The position numbers and the translations under genes were made by a program. 38,726 bases of DNA. Origin: Deltaproteobacteria bacterium (GTDB lineage Bacteria; Desulfobacterota; Binatia; Binatales; Binataceae). The notes beneath the pieces are model-generated. The model was given only the letters and a program-made list of their open reading frames with translations. It did not search any database and was not told the DNA's origin. Numbering within the stretch: position 1 is the stretch's first letter; each line of letters begins with the position of its first letter. The stretch covers positions 1 to 38,726 of the forward strand of contig JAJZAG010000003.1 of assembly GCA_021799555.1 (NCBI GenBank), read 5' to 3'. This document shows, one piece after another, positions 8,888 to 19,634 of the stretch.

Positions 8888-10333
8888 TTACGGTTCCGGG
8901 CTACTTGGAAGGAACGTGTCGCCCATCAGGTAGGCGTCACATGCGCGGGCGCATTCGCGGCCTTCCCAAATGGCCCACACCACCAGCGACTGGCCCCGGC
9001 GCGCATCGCCGGCTGCAAAGACGCCGGGAACGCTCGCGGCGTAATTTTCCGTCGCAATATTACTGCGCCCGTCGAGCTTTAGCCCGAGCTCGGATATAAT
9101 TCCCTCCGGCTGGGGGCCAAGAAAGCCAAGCGCAAGCAAAACAAGATCGCAATCAAGCTCAAACTCGCTGCCCGGCACCTCTTCCATAACGCTGCGCGCG
9201 CCGTCGCGCTTCCAATTGAGCCGCACGCCGTGGAGCTTCGTTACCTGACCATTGAAGCCGCTGAAGCGTTTGGTGTTGATGCTCCAGTCGCGCATCACGC
9301 CCTCTTCATGCGAGCTCGAGGTGCGCAGGATCATCGGCCAATCCGGCCATGGCATATCCGCAGTGCGGCGGTCCGGCGGCATCGGGAGCAGTTCGAATTG
9401 ATGAACGCTGATAGCGCCCTGTCGATTCGAAGTTCCGAGGCAGTCTGAACCGGTGTCTCCGCCGCCAAGAATTACAACGCGTTTGCCCTTAGCGGTAATC
9501 GCGGCGACGGGATCAATCGTGTCGTCGAAACCGCGCCTGTTCTGTTGAGGAAGAAAATCCATCGCGAAGTGGATGCCCTTCAACTCACGGCCGGGAATCG
9601 GCAAGTCGCGCGGCTTGGTTGCACCAAGCGTCAAGCAGATCGCGTCATGCTTGCCGCGCAGTTCGTCGGCGTGCAGATCGATGCCAATGTGGCAATTGGT
9701 AATAAACTCGACGCCTTCGGCGCGCATCTGCTCGACGCGCCGCAGCACGTGGCGCTTTTCGAGCTTGAAGTCGGGGATGCCGTACATCAGCAGGCCGCCG
9801 ATCCGATCGGAGCGCTCATAGACGGTGACCGTATGTCCTGCTCGCGCCAGTTGCTGCGCGCATGCAAGTCCCGACGGACCCGATCCCACGACGGCGACAC
9901 GCTTTCCAGTCTTGCGTGCGGGCGGCATCGGCGTGATCCATCCTTCGCTCCACGCGTGATCGATTATGTTTTTCTCGATCAGCTTGATCGTTACAGGATC
10001 GTTGTTGATGTTCAGGACGCAGGCTTCTTCGCAAGGCGCGGGACAGACGCGACCGGTGAATTCCGGGAAATTGTTGGTTGAATGCAAGCGGTCGATCGCG
10101 TCGCGCCATCGGCCGCGATAAACCAGGTCATTCCAGTCGGGAATAATATTACCGAGCGGGCATCCCTTGTGGCAGAAAGGAACTCCACAATCCATACATC
10201 GCGCGCCTTGGCGGGCAAGCGCGGCTTCGGGCATTTTCAGATCAAACTCGCGCCAGTCCTTCAGGCGTTCGGCGACCGGACGGCGTGACGGCGTCTCGCG
10301 CTTGATCTCCATAAAGCCCGTGATTTTTCCCAT
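8888..10333 (-). CDS. gltD: Glutamate synthase (NADPH) small subunit
   Basis: Fe-S motif [26 protein letters not shown], dinucleotide fold [22 protein letters not shown], and a second Rossmann fold [13 protein letters not shown]. Confidence 0.95.
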   Translation of the reverse strand: MGKITGFMEIKRETPSRRPVAERLKDWREFDLKMPEAALARQGARCMDCGVPFCHKGCPLGNIIPDWNDLVYRGRWRDAIDRLHSTNNFPEFTGRVCPAPCEEACVLNINNDPVTIKLIEKNIIDHAWSEGWITPMPPARKTGKRVAVVGSGPSGLACAQQLARAGHTVTVYERSDRIGGLLMYGIPDFKLEKRHVLRRVEQMRAEGVEFITNCHIGIDLHADELRGKHDAICLTLGATKPRDLPIPGRELKGIHFAMDFLPQQNRRGFDDTIDPVAAITAKGKRVVILGGGDTGSDCLGTSNRQGAISVHQFELLPMPPDRRTADMPWPDWPMILRTSSSHEEGVMRDWSINTKRFSGFNGQVTKLHGVRLNWKRDGARSVMEEVPGSEFELDCDLVLLALGFLGPQPEGIISELGLKLDGRSNIATENYAASVPGVFAAGDARRGQSLVVWAIWEGRECARACDAYLMGDTFLPSSPEP

Positions 10334-10390
10334 CTAGAACGACTCTCTTCACCAAAGATGCGGCCGGAGTTACATCGTACGAAAAAAAAC

Positions 10391-13300
10391 CTAAACCGCC
10401 GCGAGGCGTGCCATGTCGTTACCGCGGCCGAGGTGCTGGCGTTCGAGCACCATACGGTACTCGGTCGGCAAGACTTTTACGAACTTCGCAGCGTACGACT
10501 GCCAATCCGCAAGAATTCGAGCTGCAACCGCGCTTTGGGTGTATTGATGATGGCGTGCAATTAGGGAATGCAACTGCTTGAGGTCGTCGGCGTCGTTCAC
10601 GGCGCCAAGTTCGACCATCCCCGTGTTGCAGCGCCCGGCGAAGGTTCCGTCTTCGTCAAGTACATAAGCGACCCCGCCCGACATTCCGGCCGCGAAGTTG
10701 CGTCCGGTTCTACCCAGAACAACCACCAACCCGCGCGTCATATACTCGCAACCGTGATCGCCAACGCCTTCGACGACAGCATGCGCGCCGCTGTTGCGAA
10801 CGGCGAAGCGTTCACCCGCGACGCCGCGGAAAAACGCCTCGCCCCCGGTCGCTCCGTAGAGGGCGACGTTGCCGATCAGAATATTTTCTTCGGCCTTGAA
10901 AGTGGCTTCCTGCGGCGGACGTACCGCGAGAAATCCTCCCGAAAGGCCTTTCCCACAGTAATCGTTTGCGTCGCCTTCAAGATAAAGTGCGATTCCCGGC
11001 GCGAGCCATGCGCCGAAGCTCTGTCCGGCAGAACCCTTGAGATGGATCTGAACCGTGTACGGCGGAAGACCTTCGGCGCCGAAGCGGCGCGAAACTTCCG
11101 CCGAAAGCATCGTGCCGACGGTGCGATTCACATTGCGAATCGGAAGTCGAATCTCGACGGGCCTGCGATGCTCGAGCGCGTCGCGCGAGAGCTCGAGGAG
11201 TTGGTTGTCGAGCGCCTTTTCCAGGCCGTGATCCTGCGATTGGACGGCGTGAAGCGGTTCGTCCGGAGCGACATCGGGCTTGCGGAGGATGTTGCTGAGA
11301 TCAACGTCGCGCGCTTTCCAGTGCTCGATCGCATCGTTCATGTCCAGGCATTCGACGTGCCCAATCATCTCATCCACGGTGCGAAAACCGAGCACCGCCA
11401 TGTGCTCGCGCAATTCATCGGCTATGAACATCATGTAGTTCACGACGTGTTCTGGCTTGCCCTCGAACTTCTTGCGCAACTCGGGATCCTGAGTAGCAAT
11501 ACCAACCGGGCAGGTGTTCAAATGACACACGCGCATCATAATGCATCCCGAAGCCACCAGGGCCGACGACGCGAAACCGAATTCCTCGGCGCCGAGTAGG
11601 GCCGCGATCGCAACATCGCGTCCGGTCTTCAACTGGCCGTCGGTTTCGATTCGGATGCGACTGCGGAGTCCGTTCATAACGAGCACTTGCTGAGTTTCGG
11701 CGAGGCCGAGTTCCCATGGCGCGCCGGCGTGCTTGATCGATTGGAGCGGGGACGCACCGGTGCCGCCGTCGTGGCCACTGATCAGGACCACGTCGGCCTT
11801 GGCCTTTGCGACGCCGGCCGCGATCGTGCCGACGCCGACTTCGGCCACGAGCTTGACGCTGATCCGCGCGCGGTTGTTCGCATTCTTGAGGTCGTGGATT
11901 AACTGGGCCAGGTCCTCGATCGAATAGATATCATGATGCGGCGGCGGCGAGATCAGTCCCACACCCGGGGTCGAGTAGCGAATCTTCGCGATAAAGTCAT
12001 CGACCTTGTGACCTGGCAGCTGACCGCCCTCGCCGGGCTTAGCGCCTTGCGCCATTTTGATCTGGAGTTCATCGGCATTGACCAGGTAATGGCTAGTGAC
12101 GCCGAAGCGGGCCGAGGCGACCTGCTTGATCGCGCTACGGCGCCAATCACCGTTGGGATCGCGCACGAAGCGGGCGGGATCTTCGCCGCCCTCGCCGGTG
12201 TTGCTCTTGCCGCCAATCCGGTTCATCGCAATCGCGAGATTTTCGTGTGCCTCTTTACTGATTGAGCCAAACGACATGGCGCCGGTCTTGAAGCGTTTGA
12301 CAATCTCCGCGGCCGGCTCGACTTCATCGAGCGGAACGGACGGCCTATCAAAACGGAACTTCAGCAGCGAGCGAAGCGTCGCAAGATTGCGGCTCTGCTC
12401 ATCGACCAACCGCGTGTACTCCTTGAACAGCCGGAAATTGCCGGATCGCACCGAATGCTGGAGCTTCGCAATCGTGTTGGGATTGTACATGTGAAACTCG
12501 CCGCGGCGGCGCCACTGGTAGAAGCCGCCAGCGTCAAGTTCACCGTCGAGATTGGGCTGAACCTCAAAGGCGTAGCGATGCCGCTCGATCGTCTCGCGCG
12601 CGATCGCGTCGAGGCCGATTCCGCCAACCCGCGATGCGGTCCAAGTGAAATACTTGTCGATTATCTCGCGGCCAAGGCCGATCGCTTCGAAAATCTGCGC
12701 GCCGCGATAGCTTTGAATCGTCGAGATTCCCATCTTCGACGCCACCTTGATCATGCTCTTGGTGGCGGCCTTGATGAAATTATGGACTGCGGTGTCTTCG
12801 TCCAGATCGCGCAGACGGCCGTCTTCAATCATCGCGGCCAACGTAGCGTACGCAAGGTAGGGGTTCACCGCTCCGGCGCCGTAACCGACCAGCAGGCAGC
12901 AGTGCATCGCCTCGCGCGGCTCGCCCGACTCAACGACGATACCGCATCGTGTGCGGGTGCCTTCGCGAATCAAATGGTGATGTACAGCGGCGGTCGCGAG
13001 CAGACTGGGAATTGCTGCGTACTGCGAATTTACGCCCCGGTCCGAGAGCACGATTATCGAAAAGCCGTCGGCAAGCGCCTTCGACGCCTTGGCGCACAGT
13101 TCGTCGAGCGCGGAGCGCATCCCGGCTTCGCCGTCGCGGACGCGGAACAAAGTCGCAAGCGTGATCGTGCGTAAGCCGGGCCGATCCAGGCGCTTGATTT
13201 TCTCAAGCTCTTCGTTGGTGATGATGGGAGTCTTCAGACGCAACTGCCGGCAATGCGCAGGCGATTCTTCGAACAGATTCTGCTCGGAGCCGATCGTCGT

Positions 13301-14956
13301 CTCGGCAGACGTCACGAGTTCCTCACGAATCGGATCGATCGGCGGATTGGTGACTTGCGCGAACAATTGCTTAAAATAATTGAACAGTGGCGGCGCCTTT
13401 TCCGACAGCACCGCGAGTGGTGTATCGGTGCCCATCGATCCCACAGGTTCCTGCGCATTCACCGCCATCGGCGCGAGGATCAATTTCAGGTCTTCGAGCG
13501 TGTAACCGAAGGCTTGCTGCTGCTTGAGCAGGTCGGTCCCCTCAAATCCGGCAATTGCGGGCGCACTCACCGGCGGCGGAAGCTCTTCGAGCTTAACCAG
13601 ATTTGCGTCGAGCCAGTCGCGATAGGGTTTGCGCGCCGCGAAGCCTTCCTTGATTTCCTCGTCTTGCACGATTCGACCCAACGCAGTATCGACAAGGAAC
13701 ATCTTGCCCGGCTGGAGACGGCCTTTATATGCGACCTGCTCGGGTGCGACGTCCAGCACGCCAGTCTCGGACGCCATCACGACCAGGCCGTCCTTGGTGA
13801 CCGTGTATCGCGAGGGGCGCAGGCCATTGCGATCGAGCACCGCACCAATGCGAATGCCGTCAGTGAAGGCGATCGAGGCAGGGCCGTCCCACGGCTCCAT
13901 CATCGAGGCATGAAATTCATAGAAGGCGCGTTTGCTCGCGCTCATCTGTGGGTCGTTCTGCCATGCCTCCGGAATCATCATCATCATTGCGTGCGCGATC
14001 GGTCGTCCGGTTCGCACCAGCAACTCAAGCACATTGTCGAATTTTGCGGAGTCGGTCTGAGTGGGTTCGACGATCGGCGGAAGCTGGGCGATATCCGCGC
14101 CGAACAGGGGCGACGAGAACATCATCTGCCGCGCGTGCATCCAGTTCTCGTTGCCTCGCAGTGTATTAATCTCGCCATTGTGGCTTAGGAATCGGAACGG
14201 ATGTGCGCGATCCCAGGACGGGAAGGTGTTGGTCGAGAACCGCTGATGCACCATCGCGAGAGCGCTCACCACAGAGGGATCGAGCAGGTCGGGATAGAAC
14301 TTCGGGATCTGATGCGAGATTAGCTGACCCTTGTAAACCATCGTCAGAGTCGAAAGTGAGCAGAAGTAGAAGAGTTCCTCGCCAGTCAGAGCGAGATCAG
14401 CGGCCGCGCGGAACGCGCGTTTGCGGATTACATATAGCTTGCGCTCGAGCGCCTCATGGTTGCTCATTATCTCGGCGCCGGGCGCGATGAACACCTGGCG
14501 AATCTCGGGCAGTCCGCGCCGCGCTATGTCTCCACAAGCGGTGGGATTAACCGGAACCGTGCGCCATCCGAGGATGCGCTGGCCTTCCTCCGCGACTATA
14601 TGCTCGAAGGCTGATTCGCACGCCTGGCGCTTGTTCGGATCGAGCGGCAAGAAAACCTGGCCGACCCCATACTGGCCGGGCGCCGGTAAATCAAAGCCGC
14701 ACTTGAGCGCCTCGCGTTTCAGAAATTCGTGCGGAATCTGAATCAGGATTCCGGCGCCGTCACCCGTATTAGGATCACATCCGCAAGCCCCGCGATGGGT
14801 CAGATTGTCGAGTACTTGAAGCGCTTTGGCTACGATTTCATGAGAACGCTCGCCTTTGATGTTGACTACGAAGCCAACACCGCAGGCGTCATGTTCATGC
14901 GCGGGATCGTACAGGCCTTCGCGCCCGGGTAAACTGAGTCGCTTATGCATGGTCAT
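10391..14956 (-). CDS. gltB: Glutamate synthase large subunit
   Basis: 1521 aa. The Ntn-amidotransferase Cys follows a propeptide ([16 protein letters not shown]). FMN/Fe-S central and GXGXG C-terminal domains are recognisable throughout. Confidence 0.97.
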   Translation of the reverse strand: MTMHKRLSLPGREGLYDPAHEHDACGVGFVVNIKGERSHEIVAKALQVLDNLTHRGACGCDPNTGDGAGILIQIPHEFLKREALKCGFDLPAPGQYGVGQVFLPLDPNKRQACESAFEHIVAEEGQRILGWRTVPVNPTACGDIARRGLPEIRQVFIAPGAEIMSNHEALERKLYVIRKRAFRAAADLALTGEELFYFCSLSTLTMVYKGQLISHQIPKFYPDLLDPSVVSALAMVHQRFSTNTFPSWDRAHPFRFLSHNGEINTLRGNENWMHARQMMFSSPLFGADIAQLPPIVEPTQTDSAKFDNVLELLVRTGRPIAHAMMMMIPEAWQNDPQMSASKRAFYEFHASMMEPWDGPASIAFTDGIRIGAVLDRNGLRPSRYTVTKDGLVVMASETGVLDVAPEQVAYKGRLQPGKMFLVDTALGRIVQDEEIKEGFAARKPYRDWLDANLVKLEELPPPVSAPAIAGFEGTDLLKQQQAFGYTLEDLKLILAPMAVNAQEPVGSMGTDTPLAVLSEKAPPLFNYFKQLFAQVTNPPIDPIREELVTSAETTIGSEQNLFEESPAHCRQLRLKTPIITNEELEKIKRLDRPGLRTITLATLFRVRDGEAGMRSALDELCAKASKALADGFSIIVLSDRGVNSQYAAIPSLLATAAVHHHLIREGTRTRCGIVVESGEPREAMHCCLLVGYGAGAVNPYLAYATLAAMIEDGRLRDLDEDTAVHNFIKAATKSMIKVASKMGISTIQSYRGAQIFEAIGLGREIIDKYFTWTASRVGGIGLDAIARETIERHRYAFEVQPNLDGELDAGGFYQWRRRGEFHMYNPNTIAKLQHSVRSGNFRLFKEYTRLVDEQSRNLATLRSLLKFRFDRPSVPLDEVEPAAEIVKRFKTGAMSFGSISKEAHENLAIAMNRIGGKSNTGEGGEDPARFVRDPNGDWRRSAIKQVASARFGVTSHYLVNADELQIKMAQGAKPGEGGQLPGHKVDDFIAKIRYSTPGVGLISPPPHHDIYSIEDLAQLIHDLKNANNRARISVKLVAEVGVGTIAAGVAKAKADVVLISGHDGGTGASPLQSIKHAGAPWELGLAETQQVLVMNGLRSRIRIETDGQLKTGRDVAIAALLGAEEFGFASSALVASGCIMMRVCHLNTCPVGIATQDPELRKKFEGKPEHVVNYMMFIADELREHMAVLGFRTVDEMIGHVECLDMNDAIEHWKARDVDLSNILRKPDVAPDEPLHAVQSQDHGLEKALDNQLLELSRDALEHRRPVEIRLPIRNVNRTVGTMLSAEVSRRFGAEGLPPYTVQIHLKGSAGQSFGAWLAPGIALYLEGDANDYCGKGLSGGFLAVRPPQEATFKAEENILIGNVALYGATGGEAFFRGVAGERFAVRNSGAHAVVEGVGDHGCEYMTRGLVVVLGRTGRNFAAGMSGGVAYVLDEDGTFAGRCNTGMVELGAVNDADDLKQLHSLIARHHQYTQSAVAARILADWQSYAAKFVKVLPTEYRMVLERQHLGRGNDMARLAAV

Positions 14957-15525
14957 ATCCGTCTCGGGTCGGGGAGCGAAACCGGCTTCGGGGTTGGTCC
15001 GTGACGACTACGGCGTCCGTGGCCGTTACCCGGCTCGGATCCCTCGCCGCTGGGATGCACCGCGATCTGGTTGCGCTCGGTATGGGTCGAAAGCACCACC
15101 ATCGTCTCCGTCCGCGCCACTCCCTCGATTGAGCGAATCGTGCTGATGAGCCGCTCGAGCGACGAAGTATTATCGGTTTTGATTTTGAGAAGAATCGTGT
15201 GCTGACCCGTGACGTGATGACACTCGAGAACATCGTCGAGCAAATCAACGGTCTGCTCGAAAAGAGCGATCGTCTTTGGATGCGCGATCGAGACGCCGAT
15301 GAATGCGGTGACGTCTTTTCCCAAGCGGCGCGCATTCAGCGAGGCATGGTAGCCCGCGATCACGCCACAGTCTTCAAGCTTCTTGACGCGCTCGATTATG
15401 GAAGGCGCGGAAAGTCCAACCTGCTCCGCAAGCTTGACATGCGGAATCCGACCGTTGGCTTGCAGGATGCCGAGAATCTGCAGGTCGATGGCGTCGAGTT
15501 CCGGTACGTCGCCGCCTAATTTCAT
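14953..15525 (-). CDS. Lrp/AsnC-family transcriptional regulator with a roughly 35-aa C-terminal tail
   Basis: HTH region [47 protein letters not shown] plus a RAM domain. The stop overlaps the gltB ATG (minus-strand ATGA at 14956-14953). Confidence 0.9.
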   Translation of the reverse strand: MKLGGDVPELDAIDLQILGILQANGRIPHVKLAEQVGLSAPSIIERVKKLEDCGVIAGYHASLNARRLGKDVTAFIGVSIAHPKTIALFEQTVDLLDDVLECHHVTGQHTILLKIKTDNTSSLERLISTIRSIEGVARTETMVVLSTHTERNQIAVHPSGEGSEPGNGHGRRSRHGPTPKPVSLPDPRRI

Positions 15526-15551
15526 AAGGTAATCCTCGTAAAGGTTCGTTG

Positions 15552-15580
15552 AACATAATGGGATGCCCGGATTGAGTCAA
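15552..15580 (-). promoter_or_regulatory. Candidate sigma70 promoter for lrp-gltBD
   Basis: The minus strand reads TTGACT-17 nt-TATGTT, ending 26 nt upstream of the lrp ATG. An AT-rich tract at about 15600-15620 lies just upstream. Confidence 0.4.
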
Positions 15581-15621
15581 GGGAAAGATAGGACAGCTCC
15601 CAATAAAACATTATTGTATTA

Positions 15622-15642
15622 AGCGATCGTGTTGCGATCGCT
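15622..15642 (-). terminator. Stem-loop, possible terminator of the crotonase-hydrolase unit (function uncertain)
   Basis: An 8-bp perfect stem (AGCGATCG / CGATCGCT) with a 5-nt loop. On the minus strand an A/U-rich stretch (UUAAUACAAUAAUGUUUUAUU) follows. It lies 228 nt downstream of the hydrolase stop, and there is no clean U-tract. Confidence 0.25.
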
Positions 15643-15869
15643 CCTTACTTCAGGGCAATGAGTCGCGATGCCTTAAATTCGGCCGGTTTGGAAGCTCATC
15701 ACTTGGCGTCCGACGGGGCGTCAAATGCTATCTGCCTTTGCCCCTTGGGGGCGGGACGTAATCGACGATTTCAGAGGTGGTCCGCTTGGGCAGCACTCGC
15801 GAATCGGAGCGGAATGGCCGCGTACGTGCAGCGAGATGGGATTCGAAAATCCGGCGCGCTGCGGGGCGG

Positions 15870-17114
15870 TCAATTTTTCATCAATGCGCGTCCAATCGCG
15901 TCGAAGTCGGTCAGTTGCTCGATCCCCAACTGATCGTTCCAGAAATCGTCGAACGCGCTGGTCTTGACGATCACCATGTTGTACTTCGGGCAGACGTAGA
16001 TGAACTGAAAGAAGACACCCTCGGCCGAATAGGCGTGGCTGGCGCCGGGATAGATCAGCCACCATTGAAAACCGTAAGCGCCTGGGTCGCCGGGAAATAG
16101 ATGACCCCATCCGACCTGTCCGCTCTGCGGATTAGTGGCGTCCTCAATCCATGAAGCGGGAAGAATCTGTTTGCCTGCCGCCTTACCGCCATTGAGGAAC
16201 AACAAGCCGAATCGAGCATAATCGCGCAGCGTCGCGTTGATACAGCAATATCCGGCTTCCATCGCCTGTGGAGTTGCTCGGTCAGTAAGCCATGTCGCGT
16301 TCTGCTCCATCCCGAGCGGCCGCCAGATTCGATCCGAGAGCATCTGCGCGAGCGTCTTGCCGGTCACCCGCCGCACAAGCATTCCGAGCACGGCGGTATC
16401 GATGCTGCGATATACGAATTTTGTTCCTGGATTTTCCGCGCGGCCGAGCGTGCTGGCGTACTCGGCGAGGGTTTCCGACTTTTCGATCATGGTTTTATTC
16501 CACATGACGGAAACGTCGGATTTGCCATTGTTGTATTCCTCAGTGAACTGGACGCCTGACGACATCTCGAGGATGTCCTTGATCGGCACGCCGTCGTATC
16601 CCGAATCCTTGAGCTCTGGAAGGTATTTCGTGATCGGATCATCGAGACTCTTGATCTTGCCGTCGGTTAGAGCGAGACCGACCAGCGTCGATGTGACCGA
16701 CTTGGCGACTGACCATGAGGTGAATTTGCTGGCCGCCGTTGCGCCATTGAAATATCGCTCGTCAATAATCTGGCCATCCTTGACAACAAGGAAGCCCTGC
16801 GTCTTGGTTCGCGCCAACAAGTCCTCGAGCGTGTGACGCTTGCCTTTGAAGTAGTAGACAACCTCGAGTTTGCGCGGAGAACCGGGCAACGCGGCGACCG
16901 GTCCTCCGCGAGCGATTACGTGGAAGGGAAACACCGAATCCATGCTGCGGAAGTCCGTAGCACGATTTTGCGGCGCCATCATCGCCGCGCGTTTAGCGAC
17001 TGCGGCCGGGTTGGCAGCGCGCAAGATCGCAGGACGGAGTAAGGTGGCCGCAAACGCGGCGGCGACGACGGCGTTGCGTTTCATCGAAAAGCCCGAGGGT
17101 GTCGCACCCGTCAC
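15870..17114 (-). CDS. Serine hydrolase (beta-lactamase/transpeptidase-like family), secreted
   Basis: SxxK motif (SWSVAKS) and a hydrophobic signal-like N-terminus (MKRNAVVAAAFAATLL). GTG at 17114 overlaps the crotonase stop (GTGA). ATG at 17084 is an alternative start. Confidence 0.85.
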   Translation of the reverse strand: MTGATPSGFSMKRNAVVAAAFAATLLRPAILRAANPAAVAKRAAMMAPQNRATDFRSMDSVFPFHVIARGGPVAALPGSPRKLEVVYYFKGKRHTLEDLLARTKTQGFLVVKDGQIIDERYFNGATAASKFTSWSVAKSVTSTLVGLALTDGKIKSLDDPITKYLPELKDSGYDGVPIKDILEMSSGVQFTEEYNNGKSDVSVMWNKTMIEKSETLAEYASTLGRAENPGTKFVYRSIDTAVLGMLVRRVTGKTLAQMLSDRIWRPLGMEQNATWLTDRATPQAMEAGYCCINATLRDYARFGLLFLNGGKAAGKQILPASWIEDATNPQSGQVGWGHLFPGDPGAYGFQWWLIYPGASHAYSAEGVFFQFIYVCPKYNMVIVKTSAFDDFWNDQLGIEQLTDFDAIGRALMKN

Positions 17115-17917
17115 TCGCCCGTAAAATTGGCGGCGCGCTTCTCGACGAAGGATTTTGCGCCTTCGAGATGGTCCTTCGAGGTTAGCATCATCCGTTGTCC
17201 GTGACGCTGATAGTCGAAGAAAAATGGCAGATTCAGATTCAACCCGACGCGCAGCGCTTCCTTGGCGAGGCGCTGTGCGAGCGGCGCCTGAGCGGCAATC
17301 TTCTGAGCAAACGCGGCGGTCGCGGCCTCGAGCTGGTCGTGCGGCACCACCTTGTTGACCATTCCGATTCGTTCGGCCTCTTTTGCGTCTATAATGTCGC
17401 CGCTCAGGATCAACTCATAGGCGCGCGCGAGACCGACCAGTCGTGGCAGAACCAGCAATCCGCCCGCTTCGGGAATCAAGCCGCGGCGGATGAAAACCTC
17501 TCCAAAACGCGCCTGCTCCGAGCAGACGCGCATGTCGCACATCAACGCGATATCGCATCCGTACCCGACTGCGGCGCCGTTGACTGATGCGATCGTCGGC
17601 TTGGGATAGGTGACGAGAAAATCGAGTGCGACCGGGTGATGCGTGCGCCATTCCTCGACCTCGGTGCGCTTGGAGGGTTTGGCATTCTGAACTTCAGGGT
17701 TGAGAAAAATTTCCTTTACGTCGTCGCCGGCGCAGAACGCACGACCCGCTCCAGTCAGCACGACGACCTGCACCGACTCATCGTGCTCCGCTTCTCCGAA
17801 CGCCTGTCCGATTTCGGCCCAGGTTCGTATTGTGCCGGCATTCATCGCATGCGGGCGATTGATCGTGATGGTCGCAACCTTGTCGCGTTTCTCGTAAATG
17901 ATATCGCTGTAAGCCAT
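17111..17917 (-). CDS. Enoyl-CoA hydratase/isomerase (crotonase) family protein
   Basis: 268 aa with the crotonase signature VVVLTGAGRAFCAGDDV and an oxyanion-hole region. Confidence 0.9.
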   Translation of the reverse strand: MAYSDIIYEKRDKVATITINRPHAMNAGTIRTWAEIGQAFGEAEHDESVQVVVLTGAGRAFCAGDDVKEIFLNPEVQNAKPSKRTEVEEWRTHHPVALDFLVTYPKPTIASVNGAAVGYGCDIALMCDMRVCSEQARFGEVFIRRGLIPEAGGLLVLPRLVGLARAYELILSGDIIDAKEAERIGMVNKVVPHDQLEAATAAFAQKIAAQAPLAQRLAKEALRVGLNLNLPFFFDYQRHGQRMMLTSKDHLEGAKSFVEKRAANFTGE

Positions 17918-18191
17918 TTAAGCCTCCGCACCGTAGGATCGATCGAGTCGTGATGAACTTGCTATCGCAGATGCGCGAAATCGGCGTCAAGCCCGCAGTG
18001 AATTCAGAATGAGTCGATCGCAGTTCGGGGATGATGGATTGGGGTCCTGGGTGACGAGGGTGTCGGGATAATTGCGCGCACCCACCTGAGCGTCGGCGGC
18101 GCGCACCCCGAGCGCCAGGCACAGCGCAGCCACGGCCGCCGCTGAAAGCAACGCTCGGCAACGAACAAACTTCGCGTGTGCGCGAATTACC

Positions 18192-19634
18192 TCACACGTG
18201 CGGATAGGCGTCGCTGCCCATTTCAAGTGCGTCGAGCCCCGACCATTCCACTTCCGCGAGCACGCGGTTCCCGAGGATACGCTCGACGATCGTAAAAAAG
18301 ATCCACGCCAATCCGAATATCACAACGAAATTGACGCAGACACCGATAAGCTGAGCGACGAATTGACCCGGATCGCCGTACAGCAAGCCGCGCACCGGAC
18401 CCGCAACGCCGTTCCATCCTTCTCCGTAGCTGCCGTCGGCGAAAATTCCGAGCGCCAGCGAACCCCATAGTCCGCACGCGCCATGCACCGCGATCGCCCC
18501 GACCGGATCGTCAAGGCGGAGGCGGCGTTCGAGCGCGATTACCGCAGCGACCACCAACAAACCCCCGACCACCCCAATCAGCACTGCCGCAGCGGGCGTC
18601 ACGAAAGCGCACGGCGCGGTGATCGCTACCAGACCGCCGAGCAATCCGTTGCAGGCCATCGCGATGTCCGGTTTTTTGTAGCGATGCCATAGATAGAGGA
18701 TTGCGGAAAGCGCGCCGGCCGACGACGACAACATGGTATTCGCGGCAATAACGCCAATTCGTGGATCTGTCGCCGCCAGCGACGACCCCGCGTTAAAGCC
18801 GAACCATCCAAACGCGAGGATCAGTGTTCCGATCACCGCCATCGGCAGATTGTGCCCGGGCAGGGCGCCGATCGCGCCGTCGCGACGAAATCTTCCGATA
18901 CGCGGCCCCAGAACGATCACGCCCGCCAACGCAACTACTCCGCCCGTCATGTGCACTACGGCGGAGCCGGCGAAATCGACCTGCCCATGACCGAGGCCAA
19001 GATTGACGCCGAGTTGCGATAGCCATCCACCTCCCCACACCCAATTGCCATAGAGCGGGTAGAGGAACATCGCAATGAAAAATCCGTAGATGAAAAATGC
19101 CGAGAACTTCCACCGCTCCGCCATCGCGCCGGTTGGAATCGTCGCCGCAGTATCCATGAAGACGACGGCGAATAAGAACATCGCGAGGCTGGCCGGATCG
19201 TGGCTGACGCTGGCGAGTGCGAATTTACTGAATCCAATAATTCCCCATATGTGCCCGCCCAAGGTGAGCGAAAGTTCGCAATGGCTCATTCCGGCGTCGC
19301 CGAGCGACGGCCACTGATGCACTCCGCCCATCATGAAGGCGTACCCGGTTAGCCAGAATCCGACGACACCGATCGGGTAGATGACGAGATTCATCGCCAT
19401 CGTGTTGACCGCATTCTTCGCGCGCGTGAAGCCGGTCTCGACCATCGCGAAACCCGCCTGCATGAACATCACCAGGAAACCCGCGACAAGCACCCAAGCG
19501 AGGTTGAGCGATTGATCTATCGGCGCGGCCAGCGGCGTCGATTGGGCGTGCGCGCGACTCGCGGCCATTAGTATCGGCGCCGCCGCGGAGATAGCGAGGG
19601 CGCAAGCGGTGAGACTTAAGCGGCGGCGATTCAT
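18192..19634 (-). CDS. amt: Ammonium transporter (Amt family) with cleavable signal peptide
   Basis: Signature DFAGSAVVHMTGG, 11 or more TM segments, and the N-terminus MNRRRLSLTACALAISAAAPILMAASRAHAQS. The ATG at 19634 overlaps the kinase TGA (ATGA). I rejected the 19700 extension. Confidence 0.95.
   Translation of the reverse strand: MNRRRLSLTACALAISAAAPILMAASRAHAQSTPLAAPIDQSLNLAWVLVAGFLVMFMQAGFAMVETGFTRAKNAVNTMAMNLVIYPIGVVGFWLTGYAFMMGGVHQWPSLGDAGMSHCELSLTLGGHIWGIIGFSKFALASVSHDPASLAMFLFAVVFMDTAATIPTGAMAERWKFSAFFIYGFFIAMFLYPLYGNWVWGGGWLSQLGVNLGLGHGQVDFAGSAVVHMTGGVVALAGVIVLGPRIGRFRRDGAIGALPGHNLPMAVIGTLILAFGWFGFNAGSSLAATDPRIGVIAANTMLSSSAGALSAILYLWHRYKKPDIAMACNGLLGGLVAITAPCAFVTPAAAVLIGVVGGLLVVAAVIALERRLRLDDPVGAIAVHGACGLWGSLALGIFADGSYGEGWNGVAGPVRGLLYGDPGQFVAQLIGVCVNFVVIFGLAWIFFTIVERILGNRVLAEVEWSGLDALEMGSDAYPHV

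Noticed and set aside
10568-14188. Long plus-strand ORFs (343 aa at 10568-11599, 239 aa at 12455-13174, 311 aa at 13253-14188) antisense to gltB. Similar cases are 2800-3669, 7699-8517, 35034-35873 and 35870-36667, which lie antisense to glcD, the ACAD, moxR and vwa.
   Set aside because: They lie entirely opposite genes with unmistakable conserved motifs. They are Arg/Ala/Gly-rich with no recognisable domains. Such ORFs are the expected stop-codon-poor antisense frames of GC-rich DNA.
15621-15644. GCGATCGC (the cyanobacterial HIP1 palindrome) within a hairpin, also seen near 7751.
   Set aside because: There are only a couple of occurrences in 38.7 kb of GC-rich DNA, which is consistent with chance. 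It is not evidence of HIP1-type iteration or of cyanobacterial origin.
15835-15855. tRNA T-arm-like string GGGATTCGAAAATCC downstream of the hydrolase gene.
   Set aside because: The flanks cannot be folded into acceptor, D or anticodon arms, and the loop length is wrong for a T-loop.
17987-18151. Small ORF between amt and the crotonase gene. It encodes a signal-peptide-like segment (LLSAAAVAALCLALGVRAADAQ) plus about 33 residues. The 79-aa version overlaps the amt 3' end.
   Set aside because: Only a TTG start avoids overlap with amt, and there is no clear RBS or recognisable domain. It may be real but cannot be supported from sequence alone.
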